This document shows, piece after piece, positions 36,500-49,660 of a stretch of 64,000 nucleotides of DNA. The notes beneath the pieces are model-generated. The model searched no databases and had not been told where the DNA came from. It saw only the letters and a list, made by a program, of their open reading frames with translations. Position 1 is the first letter of the stretch; the number at the start of each line of letters is the position of its first letter. The translations under genes and the position numbers were made by a program. Source of the DNA: Octopus sinensis (lineage: Eukaryota); NCBI RefSeq assembly GCF_006345805.1, contig NC_042998.1:30194001-30258000 (forward strand), given 5' to 3'.

Positions 36500-36670
36500 A
36501 TGGTTACGCACTGGCCTCGATATATTCGACTTAATCCGTCTGTCTGTCCTTGTTTGTTCTCTCTGTGTTTAGCCTCTTGTGGATAGTAAAGAAATAGCTA
36601 TTTTGGTCTGCCGTTACGTTTCGAGTTCAAATTCCGCCGAGGGTCGACGTTGCCTTTCATCCTTTCGAGT
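36500..36670 (+). mobile_element. SINE family C fragments (tail followed by internal part)
   Basis: gttacgcactgg ... aaagaaatag then gttcaaattccgccgag. Confidence 0.75.
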
Positions 36671-36879
36671 TAGCGCTAGTCTCTCATTGTCGCTCTCTTT
36701 ATGTTACTCTTTAACTGATTCCCCTCCTGTTTCCAACTGGCGTATCCATGGATCTACTCTACAGCAAGATAACTATACCTGTCCCTTCTATACTGTTCCC
36801 GCTCCCAGTTAAATGGATTTCGACTTGTCAGATACTTAGTGGCCCTCTCGATGTTGATGCCGCGCAACAATTACCAAGT

Positions 36880-37025
36880 GCACCCTGTAAAGGGGTCGGC
36901 GTCAGGAAGGGAATCCAGCTGTAGAAATCTTGCCACAACAGACTACTGAAATCTGTTAAGACTCCTAGCCTCGCCGTCAGCCGTGAAACCATCCAGCCCA
37001 GGCTAGCACGGAAAAGACATTAAAT
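36880..37025 (+). mobile_element. SINE fragment with Nin-like central domain
   Basis: caccctgtaaaggggtcggcgtcaggaagggaatccagctgtagaaa resembles the Nin-domain core. Recognised from memory, single copy here. Confidence 0.5.
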
Positions 37026-37486
37026 TCTCATTATTATATGTTTGACTTATGCTTTCTATTTGCACAATTTGACTCCAAAACCTCACCCAGAGACCTCAAG
37101 AGACAATAAGTTAGAAGTTCAAGTCGATGTTATGACTAGGGTGCCATATTTTTGGTTTCACACTAAGTATTGTTCTAGAGAATATCTGCCAGAGCATAAG
37201 AAATTTAGAAGCTTGTTTCTCAAAGTGATTTGGTGATAAGATGATAGTGCGATCTTACGATGATAGTAAAAGTTGTTTGCTATCATGTGCATTTAAAAGT
37301 ACATTTCACAATGTTTCCAGATTAAGATGCTTTTTGGAATTACATACGTAGACAATATTTTATTATTATTATCATTATTATTATTATTCAGGACACAGGC
37401 TGGAACGGACTCGGAATCATGGGGTTAGTAGCCCGCGCTCTTAACCACTACGGCATATGCCCACGGTTATATGGTATCTGGAATAA

Positions 37487-37521
<35 letters not shown>

Positions 37522-37586
37522 TTAATAATAATAACATCATCGAAAAATAACTTAGGAATGAGAACCCAAGTTCGAAATTTCCCTAA

Positions 37587-37632
37587 GACACCTGAAGAAG
37601 GCTGGAGGGTTTATCAGCCGAAACGTTGTGTT
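37587..37632 (+). ncRNA. Minimal hammerhead ribozyme in a solo PLE pseudo-LTR (~37540-37705)
   Basis: gacac-CUGAAGA-a-ggcug(10 nt)cagcc-GAAA-CGUU-guguu, with palindromic ACGU stem III. Confidence 0.82.
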
Positions 37633-38242
37633 AACAACAAACAAGATGAGGACAAATATCCGTCAAATGTAAATAAAGTACATAATTCCCCATCTCTTTA
37701 ATATAGAACTGGGGTACAAATATACGAAACCCAGCATACCCATCATGACTACCCGCCTGATAAGGGTACACCAGGCACATGCATCACAACCATATGTGCG
37801 CGACATGGTGATATCATATCAAGATAAACAGCGCATGACCTTGCAGGTGGGGTCCAGTTAGAATTTTCTTCTGGTCGAGTAGCCCATCCCGATCAAAAGG
37901 TCCCTGAATACGGGTTGTTTAACGATGTTGAATGAAACACCCATGTTCCCAGAGGTGAATTATCCAAACGCCTAAGAATTCCTCTCAACACATAGCTATG
38001 AGGCTCTCCCACTATTTCTCCTCGTGATTAGAAACGCATATATCGTCAGCGACCAAAGAACATGCTCAACTAATTAAGGTAAAAAAACTGAAAACCAAAT
38101 CTGAGGTATTGAGCAGAATATTTGCTGTTGCAAAACAAAACAATGTACATAACACTTCCAGTCCGTCAAGATGAGATGCCACGAAATCCACTGCCTGGTA
38201 TATCATCATCATCATTATTATTATTATTATTATTATTACGAA

Positions 38243-38825
38243 GGCGGCGAGCTGGCAGAAATGTTAACATGCCGGGCGAAATGCTCAGCAGTATTTCGTC
38301 TATCGCTACGTTCTGAGTTCAAATTCCGCCGAGATCGACTTTGCCTTTCATCCTTCCCGAGTCGATTAAATAAGTACCAGTTACGCACTGGGGTCGCTGT
38401 AATCGGCTTAATCCGTTTGTCTGTCCTTGCTGGTCGCCTCTGTGATTAGCCCTTTGTGGGTAGTAAAGAAATAGGTATTTCGTCTGCCGCTACTTTCTTA
38501 GTTAAAATTCCGCCGAGATCGACTTTGCCTTTTATCCTTCCCGGGTCGATTAAATAAGTACCAGTTACGCACTGGGGTCGCTGTAATCGACTTAAACCCT
38601 TTCTCTGTCCTTGCTGGTCCCCTCTGTGATTAGCCCCTTGTGGGTAGTAAAGAAATAGGTATTTTACCCGTCGAACTCTCTAGCTTTAAATTTCACCGAA
38701 GTCTACTTTACTTCTCATCCTTTCGGAGTCAAATAAAACAAATACCAGTTGAACACTGGAGTCGTTGTAATCGACTCATCCTCTCCACCAAAATTGCTGT
38801 CCTTGTGGCAAAATTCGAGACCATT
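38243..38825 (+). mobile_element. Head-to-tail trimer of SINE family C
   Basis: One full copy, then two head-less units starting after aaagaaataggtattt. Confidence 0.9.
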
Positions 38826-39169
38826 AATATTATTATTATTATTATATAATCCTTAAACATTTTGGGCTTCAGGCAGATTTCTGCTGCACCACCGCTACAC
38901 CTCCGTGTTGCTGGGGTGTGAACAGCATTGTGTGTTCTTTTCTGTTGTTGCCTGTGTACAAACTCTTCCTTGTATTGTATTGTGTCAGTTTGTTTTCTCT
39001 TGAGGTGTGGTGCAGTTTTGTTGTATTGCTGTTCTTAGCAAGTTTATTTTATTGATAGTGTGTAGTGTTGAGAATCCAGGTATAGTTTCTACGTTTTTTT
39101 CTTATGTATTTTTTTACCATGCATAATGCTCCAACTATCATTCGTATTGCTTTTATTTATTACTGAACA

Positions 39170-39372
39170 TGGTGGCAAGCTGGCAGAATCGTTAGCAAGC
39201 CGGGGAAAATGCTTAGCGAAATTTCGCCCATCTTAACGTTCTGGGTCCTAGATCAACCTTGGATTACATCCTTCAGGGGTCGATAAAACTTATACAAATT
39301 GATTTCCGGTGGGTTTGACATGATCGACTTATCCCTGCCCCAGAAATCGTTGGTCTTGTGGGAAAACCAAAA
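39170..39372 (+). mobile_element. SINE family C, degenerate
   Basis: ggcaagctggcagaatcgttagcaagccggggaaaatgcttagc... Confidence 0.75.
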
Positions 39373-39496
39373 TGGGTAATCAATATTATTGGGACGGAGT
39401 GTAGTCGTTCAATATCTCCCTGCACATGATCAGTAATTCTTACAGCAAAATGAGTGAACCAGCTGAATCCTCTAAAATGTCTTAAATACGTTTATC

Positions 39497-41674
39497 TAAA
39501 TCTTTGCACTGTAAGTTCAAATCTCTCTGGGGGTTACCTTTTTTTTTCGATCGATAAAGTGTTAATCATATACAGGGATTGATACTTCTTTCCTCTCTCT
39601 CCCTATTGGTAACGGGGTTGTATTTTATTAAATGAATCTAAATTCCACCCGTCTCTCTAAAACAACGCCACTGTGATTGGCAAGACATTACGTGGACCGC
39701 TGGCTGTTATAGCACGTGTTTCCTGTGCATGTAATGTTTCCTTTGCATGTTATGCAAACATTATAACGATTAAAGGCAATGTAGAACTCGACAGGAATAT
39801 TTTTACTTTGACCGGCAGGTTTAAAAAATAATTTCTTTATAGCTAAACATTTTTAAACTTCGTATACTTGTAGAATGCGTCACATAAAACATCTGTCTCT
39901 CTTGGCTTTCTTGAGGAAATTCTGTAGTTTGTAAGCTATTTCTTGTTAAATTTCACACCGCCGAAGTTCTTGTTGAACTTGTTAACAAACAACAGCAGTA
40001 ATTGTATTCACCTCAATAGCCGTCATTGATTGGTTGAAATTGCCGAAATACGGGAAATTAAACAGAAATAGCTTACAAACTACAGAATTTTCTCAAGAAC
40101 GCCAAGAGAAAAAGGTATTTTATTTGAAACATTCTACCAGTATACGAAGTTTAAAAGTGTTTAGTTACAAAGAATTATATTTTAAATCTGCCGGTCAAAG
40201 TGAAAAGATCCCTCGACAGTATTTGAAATCAGACAGTAAAGGGTGAACTAAATAATTCATGGTATTGAATCCCACACTCTTAAGTTTTCCTCATTCATTT
40301 TAACAAAGGGTAAATCTGTTGGAATAGATCACTGTCAGCACTTAGCAGGTTCATATTTTATCGACTCCGTCAGGATTTCCATCCACAAAATAAACTCGAT
40401 TATAACGCGCATCGACTATAAAAGGGAGTTAGCTATAAAATACAAAATATTTTGCTGAATGCTCTTCCGATTCGACTTTTGTTTCCTAAGATGATAACAA
40501 TTTGTAACATTTGTACATCGTAGACAGTACACTTACTATTTGACAGATATTTTAGCTTATCGAACTGGGAATAAAATAGAAAACAATACCGATCTCATAG
40601 GGATAACAAATCATACGAAAAGAGAATTAAGTAAATACCACTAAGTACATTCTCAGAACTCCTCATGACTTAAAAAAATCAACTGTCCTCATCTTTCAAG
40701 AAAAACCGATTGACTAGATAGACCTCAGTATATACATATATATTGATTTATATATTTATTTATTTAAGTACTTTTATATAAATCTTTGCACTGTAAGTTC
40801 AAATCTCCCTGGGGTTACCTTTTTTTCCGATCGATAAAGTGTTAATCATATACAGGGATTGATACTTCTTTCCTCTCTCTCCCTATTGGTAACGGGGTTG
40901 TATTTTATTAAATGAATCTAAATTCCACCCGTCTCTCTAAAACAACGCCACTGTGATTGGCAAGACATTACGTGGACCGCTGGCTGTTATCGCACGTGTT
41001 TCCTGTGCATGTAATGTTTCCTTTGCATGTTATGCAAACATTATAACGATTAAAGGCAATGTAGAACTCGACAGGAATATTTTTACTTTGACCGGCAGGT
41101 TTAAAAAATAATTTCTTTATAGCTAAACATTTTTAAACTTCGTATACTTGTAGAATGCGTCACATAAAACATCTGTCTCTCTTGGCTTTCTTGAGGAAAT
41201 TCTGTAGTTTGTAAGCTATTTCTTGTTAAATTTCACACCGCCGGAAGTTCTTGTTGAACTTGTTAACAAACAACAGCAGTAATTGTATTCACCTCAATAG
41301 CCGTCATTGATTGGTTGAAATTGCCGAAATACGGGAAATTAAACAAGAAATAGCTTACAAACTACAGAATTTTCTCAAGAACGCCAAGAGAAAAAGGTAT
41401 TTTATTTGAAACATTCTACCAGTATACGAAGTTTAAAAGTGTTTAGTTACAAAGAAATTATATTTTAAATCTGCCGGTCAAAGTGAAAAGATCCCTCGAC
41501 AGTATTTGAAATCAGACAGTAAAGGGTGAACTAAATAATTCATGGTATTGAATCCCACACTCTTAAGTTTTCCTCATTCATTTTAACAAAGGGTAAATCT
41601 GTTGGAATAGATCACTGTCAGCACTTAGCAGGTTCATATTTTATCGACTCCGTCAGGATTTCCATCCACAAAAT
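39497..41674 (+). repeat. ~895-bp near-identical direct duplication (39497-40391 and 40779-41674)
   Basis: Copies differ by a few substitutions and 1-nt indels, separated by a 387-bp spacer. Confidence 0.97.
39786..40220. mobile_element. MITE-like element with long imperfect inverted arms (second copy 41066-41503)
   Basis: actttgaccggcag...ctgtagtttgtaagctatttc vs gaaatagcttacaaactacag...ctgccggtcaaagt. Confidence 0.8.
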
Positions 41675-41859
41675 ATTGATCATTAACTGGCCTTGATACT
41701 TCTTTATATAAATAAATATATTTAAAGAGAATAATTAATAATTTTTTTTCCCTTTATGAGGCTTTTTCCCGCTGACTGCTTGATAAATTCTTATAAAGAT
41801 TTTATCCTATTCTTAAATTTTATGTATGTATGTATGTATGTATGTATTAGAAGATTTGG

Positions 41860-42190
41860 AGGTGATGTACAGATATTATATATTAGAAAAAATATGGTAT
41901 TTAGAGATTTGGATGGTGGTACATATACAAATATTTATTAATAGTAGGGGTACATTTCATTTTCGCTAAGTTCTCTTTTTGATAGGTTTATTATTTTGTG
42001 TTCTATGTGTTTTGTGTGTTGATTCGGAATTTTTTGTATGTTGGATCTGGAGTATGATTGGAGCTTCCTTTCCCTAAAAAAGGGGTTGTGCTGTTGCGTC
42101 TCCAAATTCCATTTTCAGGTTTTAGGTATTTTTGTCGAGGTAGAGTCTGTCTATATGGTCTGTGGGTGTTGTTTTGTTCCCATTTTTACC
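41860..42190 (-). mobile_element. Decayed PLE N-terminal ORF remnant
   Basis: Minus-strand KIINLSKRELSENEM...YVPPSK resembles the PLE N-terminal INLS..LS..E...K...VP motif. Confidence 0.5.
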
Positions 42191-42228
42191 AAAATAAAGC
42201 ACAACAGAAAAACAACCACGCGAGGACG

Positions 42229-42271
<43 letters not shown>

Positions 42272-42370
42272 TATATACATATTTCTATCTCCTTGTATGT
42301 GCATGTATGTGTGTGTGTTATGCAACTATGTACCATGTTTGTATGTATATATGGATGTGCATCTCTATAT

Positions 42371-42432
42371 GTGTGGATTCGTGTCTCCATATGTGTCCTT
42401 GTGTGGACACATATGGAGACACGAATCCACAC
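42371..42432. other. Perfect 28-bp hairpin with 6-nt loop
   Basis: gtgtggattcgtgtctccatatgtgtcc-ttgtgt-ggacacatatggagacacgaatccacac. Confidence 0.97.
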
Positions 42433-42528
42433 GAATCCTCTCTCTTTCCTTTCCTGAGCGTCTAATAACGCAGTACTTTTTCCACGTCCTCGCGTTGTTG
42501 TTTTTTCTTGCGTGTTCACATTTGGATT

Positions 42529-42578
<50 letters not shown>

Positions 42579-42953
42579 ATATGTATATATGTATGTATGC
42601 ATGTATGTGTGTGTGTGTGTATATATGTATATATGTATGTATGCATGTATGTATGTATGTGTGTATGTATGCATATTTATGCATGCATATACATACTTTG
42701 TTTTGTAGATCAACCAGAAATAAATATTTCCTCCTGTCCATTGTACAATCACACACAGAGATACACAAACATAAACACGCACACACACTGTCACATATAG
42801 GCATATATATATATATATATATATCTGTGTGTATATGTGTGTTTGTGTGTGTGTACATGCATACATAATCGCAAGAAATAAAACTAGTCTGTAAATATTG
42901 GGTCATAAAACCCGCAGATGCAGTCTTTGCAAACAAGTGTATACATACATATA

Positions 42954-43841
42954 TTTTAGATCTGATCGGTAAGTGTCCGGACTGTTGACACAGTAACAAA
43001 GCTAAAGCATGCAGAGTGATACTGCTTGGCATAAATTGACCTTAAATTCTGATGTGCATGCGCACTAAGATTTAACGTTCTGCCTCACTTCCGCTGGTTA
43101 ACGCATTGCTTGGAAGGAAGGTGTGTAGCGTGTGTTCATCTCGTTAACCATGACAAAGAAAGTTGTCATGGTGATACCTGCTCAGAGGCCAATGCAATGC
43201 TGCAGAAAGTGTATGGAGAAGATTTTATGAGCTATACACAAGTGTACGAGTGGTTCAGACATTTCCAAGATGGCCGAAAACATGTCGATATTCGACGAAC
43301 GTTCTGGGAGACAAGCAACCAGCACAACTCAGAAAATCATCGCAGATGTAGGTGCAGCTGTGAGGGAAAATCGTCGAATCACCAACCGTGAGATATCAGA
43401 GGATGCGCAGATTAGTTACAGTTCGATTCAGTCCATTATCACTGAAGATTTGGGTATGAAACGCGTCTCTACTAAGTTTGTGCCTAAATTGCTTTCGGGT
43501 AACCCAAAAAGACACTCGGGTTTCAGTTTCTGAAGGTCTTGATTGTGTCGAGAACGATGAAAATTTTTTCAAAAACTTTGCGTAATCCTCTGAGCAGGTA
43601 TCGCCAAGCTTTTGGCAAAATTTGATGAGATTCTCTGCTGAACTTTTTGACATGTTCAATGCAACGATCACACGCTACAAACCTTCCTTCCAAGCACTGC
43701 TGTAAATGGCGGAAGTGAGCTAGAGCGCCAAAGCTTAGTGTGCATTCACAGTAGAGTTCAAGGTCAATCTTTGCCAAGCGGCTTTACTCTGAAATCTTCG
43801 TTACTATAGCAACAGTTTGGATACTTATTCCTCAGACGACG
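42954..43841 (+). mobile_element. Mariner-derived fold-back made of two left ends in inverted orientation, TA-flanked
   Basis: The + arm encodes an HTH region ...VYEWFRHF...RRITNREI...LGMKRVSTKFVPKLL. 43576-43841 is a diverged reverse copy of the first ~260 bp. Confidence 0.85.
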
Positions 43842-43857
43842 TATGTGTGTATGTGTG

Positions 43858-44310
43858 TCGTTGTTGTTATTATTATTATTATAATTGTTAGTATTATGAT
43901 AATTGTTATAATTGTTATTATATTGTTACAATTGTTATTATTATTATAATTGTTATTATTATTATATTGTTATAATTGTTATTATTATTATAATTGTTAT
44001 TATTATTATATTGTTATAATTGTTATTATTATTATAATTGTTATTATTGTTATTATTATTATAATTGTTATTATTATTATATTGTTATAATTGTTATTAT
44101 TATTATAATTGTTATTATTGTTATTATTATTATAATTGTTATTATTATATATGTGCGTGTGCCGTTGTTGTTATCATTGTTATTATTATTATAATAGTTA
44201 TTATTATGATATATGTGTATGTTGTTGTTATTATCATTGTTATTATTATTATAATTATCATTACCATTACTTTTATGATTATGATTATTATTATTATTAT
44301 TATGATATAC
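43858..44310. repeat. (TTA)/(TTG) compound tandem repeat
   Basis: Repeated attgttattattattata modules. Confidence 0.95.
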
Positions 44311-45627
44311 GCATAACTCTCTTGTGTGCTATTTCTAAATGTCTTTGAAAACTTGACTCATGTCATATCATGAAACAATTATGTGATACTTTCTTCGTTT
44401 CACATCAAATTATACGGAAAAACATTCAATAACAAAACGTTTATTATTCACTGATAGTTGCTAACCCGCAGTTTGAGAGCTGTCATAGCATAGTTAACAT
44501 ACAATTGGTGTATGCTGCCATTTACAAGATGTTTCGTAAAAGGTGAATCCTGCGATGCTGTAAAATGTTATTAAAAATAAGCAGCGAAGACAATGTACCA
44601 CTCTATCTCAGATAACATTTTCCGAATTATTTTAAACATAAAACTTCAAGATAAATGAATTGATGCATGCATATTTTAGTGGTTTGCCCCGAGATATAGT
44701 GTCATACAAGCAGCAGTAGATAGGAAATAATGCACATGTATAGGTAGATTTATTCATTCGGACGCATAGCCTCCAACGAACAGAATTGCATTGAAAACAA
44801 AAGAGATAGGACGGGAAAGTAAGCGACACGATAAACGCGAATAGTTTAACGACATCAGAAGGGATATGTTGCAAAGCAAAGAAGAGTGCATAAAAAATAA
44901 TAACTAATATAACGTTGACATTAAAAAATAATATTCTGTAAACAGCGGGAAGAATTCATATGAGATAAATAAATAATTTACAGAAATAAAAGAAAGACAG
45001 ACGAAGAAACAAGATAATCGAAAAAAGAGGTCGGCAATGATTGAAAGATGAAATGAAAAATAAGTAGGATAAAAACGAAAAAAGGAAACGAACGAGGAAA
45101 CGAGAAAGGACAGAAATAACAAAGGGAAGACAAGAAAATAGAAAAAAGACAGAAGAAATTGATGAAAAACGACAACAGAAATTGTATCAGAAACAGCGAA
45201 ACGGAGTTAAGTTAGAGAAAATCGCGACGAATGAACGAGCAAAGAAACCGAATGGAAAACGGAAAACAAATAAATTTGAACAATCTTTAAACTAAAACAG
45301 ACAAATGTTTCCCTGTGGGGCCGTATATATATTTTTTTTCCGTTACTATTTTTCTTCCTGCTCACATAACTTTACTGCCATTTTCTTTCTATCCTCATAT
45401 CTCTCTAGCAAACATTAAACAGTGTTAGATGAACAAACATTTTATATATGCATCAAATTCACTGATGCACATTATCACACACACACAGAGGTAAGGTATA
45501 TTCATACAAAAATCTATATATATACATATAAATGTATATATGAGTATATATATATATACATAGTTAGATAGTAGATACATACATACATATACATGCATAC
45601 ATACACACACATATACATACAAAAATA

Positions 45628-45735
45628 CCCTGTTGTTGATGTTGAAATTCCAATGAAGTGACCTTAGATCTAGGTTAGAAACCAGTTCTTTCACTATTGG
45701 CAAGAAATCTTGAGATAAACTGAATAATTACATAC
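45628..45735 (+). mobile_element. Solo 3' end of the R4/Dong-like element
   Basis: Reverse-complement match to 30797-30898, followed by (ACAT)n. Confidence 0.85.
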
Positions 45736-45792
45736 ATACATGCATACATACATACACACACACACATACACATATTTATATATGTATTTATA

Positions 45793-45838
<46 letters not shown>

Positions 45839-45883
45839 TATATAATATATATACATATATAATAAATATATATATATATATAC

Positions 45884-45928
<45 letters not shown>

Positions 45929-46157
45929 ATATATAGAAATATATAAATATATATAAATATAATATAAATATATATAAATATATATAAATATATATAATAT
46001 ATATAAATATATATATATATATATATTATAATGTATATAAATATATATAATTATATATATGTATATAAATTATATAAATATATATATATGTAATATAAAT
46101 ATATATAATTATATATATGTATATAAATATATATAAATATATATATGTATATAAATA

Positions 46158-46525
46158 TATATAAATATATATATAAAGGTACCATCCACTCCATCTAAAT
46201 TCAGGACGTGGTATTGCAATAGTCTAAGGTTCAAAGGCCCACAGCTCTTCAATGCCCTGCCACAAAAATTAAGAAATTTTAAGGTGGAAGTAGATGTCTT
46301 CAAAATGGAACTAGACATCTTCCTCTCCATAAGACCGGATGAACCAAGAGCCCGATATGTGGTACAGACATGGGCAGCGGAATCAAACGCCATTATACAC
46401 CAACGGAATCAACAGCTGGGGCAAAGGCACATACAGGAGCAATGATGTGGAACACCCAGTTTGAGGAAGTCAGAAAGACCATAGTGGTGCTCCAGCATGA
46501 CCATGACTGAAACGACTAAAAGAGT
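46158..46525 (+). mobile_element. CR1-like LINE 3' fragment (similar to 18450)
   Basis: [15 protein letters not shown]...VDVFKMELDIFLS..PDEP, starting after (TA)n, with a ggtgctccagcatg...actgaaac tail. Confidence 0.85.
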
Positions 46526-46787
46526 GTATATATATATATGTATGTATGTATGTGTGTGTGTGGTGTGTGTGGGGTGGGTGGGTGGGCATGTGGGGTGTTG
46601 TGTGTGGTGTGTGTGCGTGGTATATATTATATATATATATAATTATATATATATATATATATAAATATATATTATATATATATATATCTATATCTATATA
46701 TATATATATCTATATCTATATATATATCTATATCTATATATATATATATATCTATATCTATATATATATCTATATCTATATATATAT

Positions 46788-46818
<31 letters not shown>

Positions 46819-46906
46819 CTATATATATATCTATATATAATCTATATATATATCTATATATATATCTATATATTATCTATATATATATATATCTATATAT
46901 AGATAT

Positions 46907-46949
<43 letters not shown>

Positions 46950-46950
<1 letters not shown>

Positions 46951-47188
46951 TGTAAATGTGATAATTATTCGGTAGCCATGATAGAACTCCGAGTTTCGGA
47001 TGCCGAGGTGGAAATCCACGCCGCCATTCTTCAGTTATCCGGCCATCGGAAAAATGCTATGAAAAATCTATAGCATTTTTCCGATGGCCGGATAAGTAAA
47101 GAGATGGCGGCATGGATTTCCACCTCGGCATGCTAAACTCGGAGTTCTATCATGGCTACCGAATAATTGTCACATATCACATTTACAG
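46950..47188. mobile_element. Palindromic MITE
   Basis: Terminal ctgtaaatgtgata / tatcacatttacag, with arms complementary almost to the centre. Confidence 0.88.
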
Positions 47189-48929
47189 TTATATGTATAT
47201 ATATATACATATATATATATGTGTGTGTGTGTGTGTATATGTATATATATATATATATAGGTAAATCCAAGACGATAAGCAGAAGGCAGCGAGCGTCAAC
47301 TGGAATGGGTATTTGTTTGTTATATTAGCCCTTAGTGAAAGTTTAGATGGAAAATTTAAATAGAAATGTGGTTTCGCGCATGGTTCTAAGTTGGAAAGCG
47401 GAAAAAGACCACTGTGGGCGTGTAAGCACTTGTATCGTTACATGGCCACACATACCATGACATATGTATACATGCGAATATGTACATTTATGTGCGTGTT
47501 TGTGTACTTATATCTATAAACGTCACAATGCTTCTCAATTATCTTTTATGCTGTCACTCAGTCTTTCTCACAATGATTTTCTTGCGTGCAATATTAGCAA
47601 GTGATCGGATCAATTCCTGAAACAAGCAGAGACGAATATATGAGATATATACCCAATATCACACAGATTTGCATTTGTATTTCACGATAGATCCTTAAAC
47701 GATTTCAAAAATAACACTAACGGAATAAGTGGCGAGGGAGTGTCTTCATCTCTGAAGAGTTTAGGAAATATTTGTAGTCCGCAAAAGAGTTCACCTACTA
47801 GTAAGTTTAGAACATACCTCAAAGACGTCTCTAATTTACGACCTAACAAATGTGTTACCTCTGCCAGCATAGGAGTAGCATTTCATAGGGATATCATAGT
47901 ACCATCGTTCACAAATGTTTCGTTTAAATGTGGAATACATCAGCCACAATTCCACATTAAGATTGATCATATTGTCATACTTACTAATCAGCGGGATTTA
48001 TCAACTCACCTTACGAAACACCTATTGGAATGTATTCGCGTTCTGTCAGAATTATCGACTCCATAAATGGTTTACTGAGATGTCATTATAACATTCACAA
48101 TGACATCGAGCATATCATAAATTTCATCACAAAAGGTGTGCAACAAATATTTTAAACTTTTGCCGATATTTGCAAACTATCTAGCAGTGTTCCTGAAATT
48201 TTCACAATCAGAAACAGAATGTAGGGTCATATATTACGTTGTTCCGAAAATTGAATGCCCCCAAAGGTCTTTAGTACTAAAATGATTAGCAGCGATAATT
48301 CATATATTCCATATGAGAAAATCATTATTATGATTAGCTCCGACAATGGTGAAGACTTTATTATTCTACGAATTTTCTCTCATTCTATCGACATTCATTT
48401 TCCATTGCCATCAACTAGACAGAAGTACATTACTTCAGGGTCACTGGAGTTGAACAGACACACTTTTATTGTGGCCAGTTTTATATTTCATGCTCACACT
48501 TGGTCCAAGTATATTTCTCTGCAAACACCAAAGTGTGAAAAAAGAAAGAAGGAAAGTGATGAAGTTTATCATTGAACACTTGTTAGATATAATACATTTT
48601 TCAGAGATTTACTTAAGTAGGTGTTGCGAAAACAAATTAGAATTACAGGAATTCATAAAAAGTGAAGCATAATGATAGTATATAACAATGCCGCAAAGTT
48701 GAACTTATCTGTAATAAACAGTCTCCAGCATCAGAAAAATTCCTTTTGCCAGAGGAAACTTCAAATTCAGACATGCATATGCAGAATAAGGAATACACGA
48801 AAGTATACTTGCGCTAGTCGCAAAGCACCGCATACCAATTTGGTATGTCATATCTTTTAAATTTATCAAGTAGAGGTACCGTGCCTCTACAGACACATGC
48901 ATATATCTATGTATTTATATATATTTACA

Positions 48930-48965
48930 TTTCTCGGCCTTTTGGCTCAGACCAGAAATTAGTAT
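48930..48965 (+). pseudogene. U2: 5' fragment resembling U2 snRNA
   Basis: ttctcggccttttggct is a 17-nt exact match to the U2 5' end as I recall it, followed by a partial match through ...tagtat. Confidence 0.5.
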
Positions 48966-49035
48966 TGAAGTATATATATATTTCGTTTTTGGATTTGGTT
49001 TGCAAGATTCTTTATATGAGTTCGTGTGTTGCAGC

Positions 49036-49232
49036 ATATTCTGTTTTGTCTGGGGAGAGTTATTTTCTTTTTGTGCCTTATAATCTAAGACACTCACCGG
49101 TAAAATTTTCACTTATTTCTTTAGAAAATTTTAGGAAAATAAAAATAAGAAATAAGTGGAAATTTTACCGGTGAGTGTGTTAAATTATAAGGCACAAAAA
49201 GAAAATTACTCTCCCCAGACACAACAGAATAT
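49036..49232. mobile_element. Palindromic MITE-like element (~86-bp arms)
   Basis: atattctg...ggggagag...ccggtaaaattt vs aaattttaccgg...ctctcccc...cagaatat. Confidence 0.85.
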
Positions 49233-49289
49233 ATTTATATATATGATAGCCGTCCACGCGTGACCGAGTAAAAACACTACTGATGTTTA

Positions 49290-49660
49290 GGAACACTGGG
49301 CACTGAAGACAACCATATACTTTAAACTTGCGGCTCCATTGGTGACCAACGAGCCCTGCTCTTCACAAACAATTACGACTGCAAGCATTGCAGACCAAGC
49401 CTCCCCCATTCATTACACTAGCCATGCATTTTGGAGCAGCCTGCTTGAATTCTTCATTGAAGAATACGTGTTCTTTCAAAGGTATCAACTCCCTCCTTTT
49501 CCCGTTTCCCTCCCATCCTTGGCGATTGCAAGCATTGCTCGCTCAGTCAGCCACCTGCATTTCACAAGTCTTTAATGAGAATTTTAGGCAGTCCTTAAAT
49601 AGCAGTCTTATCTTCTGCCACATTTAGTTGGCAAATATATTTTACGATTCCGTACTGTAA
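49290..49660 (-). mobile_element. Decayed RTE-clade LINE 3' end
   Basis: Minus-strand FERTRI ... CNACSRNCL*RAGLVGH resembles the RTE C-terminal Cys/His motif. Confidence 0.55.

Noticed and set aside
37710-38205. Block that looks like a dispersed repeat
   Set aside because: Single copy here with no diagnostic ends, so it cannot be classified from this sequence alone.
47644-48066. 140-codon open frame on + (and neighbouring ORFs at 48255-48672)
   Set aside because: No recognisable domain, no ATG start and no convincing splice sites. Compatible with chance.
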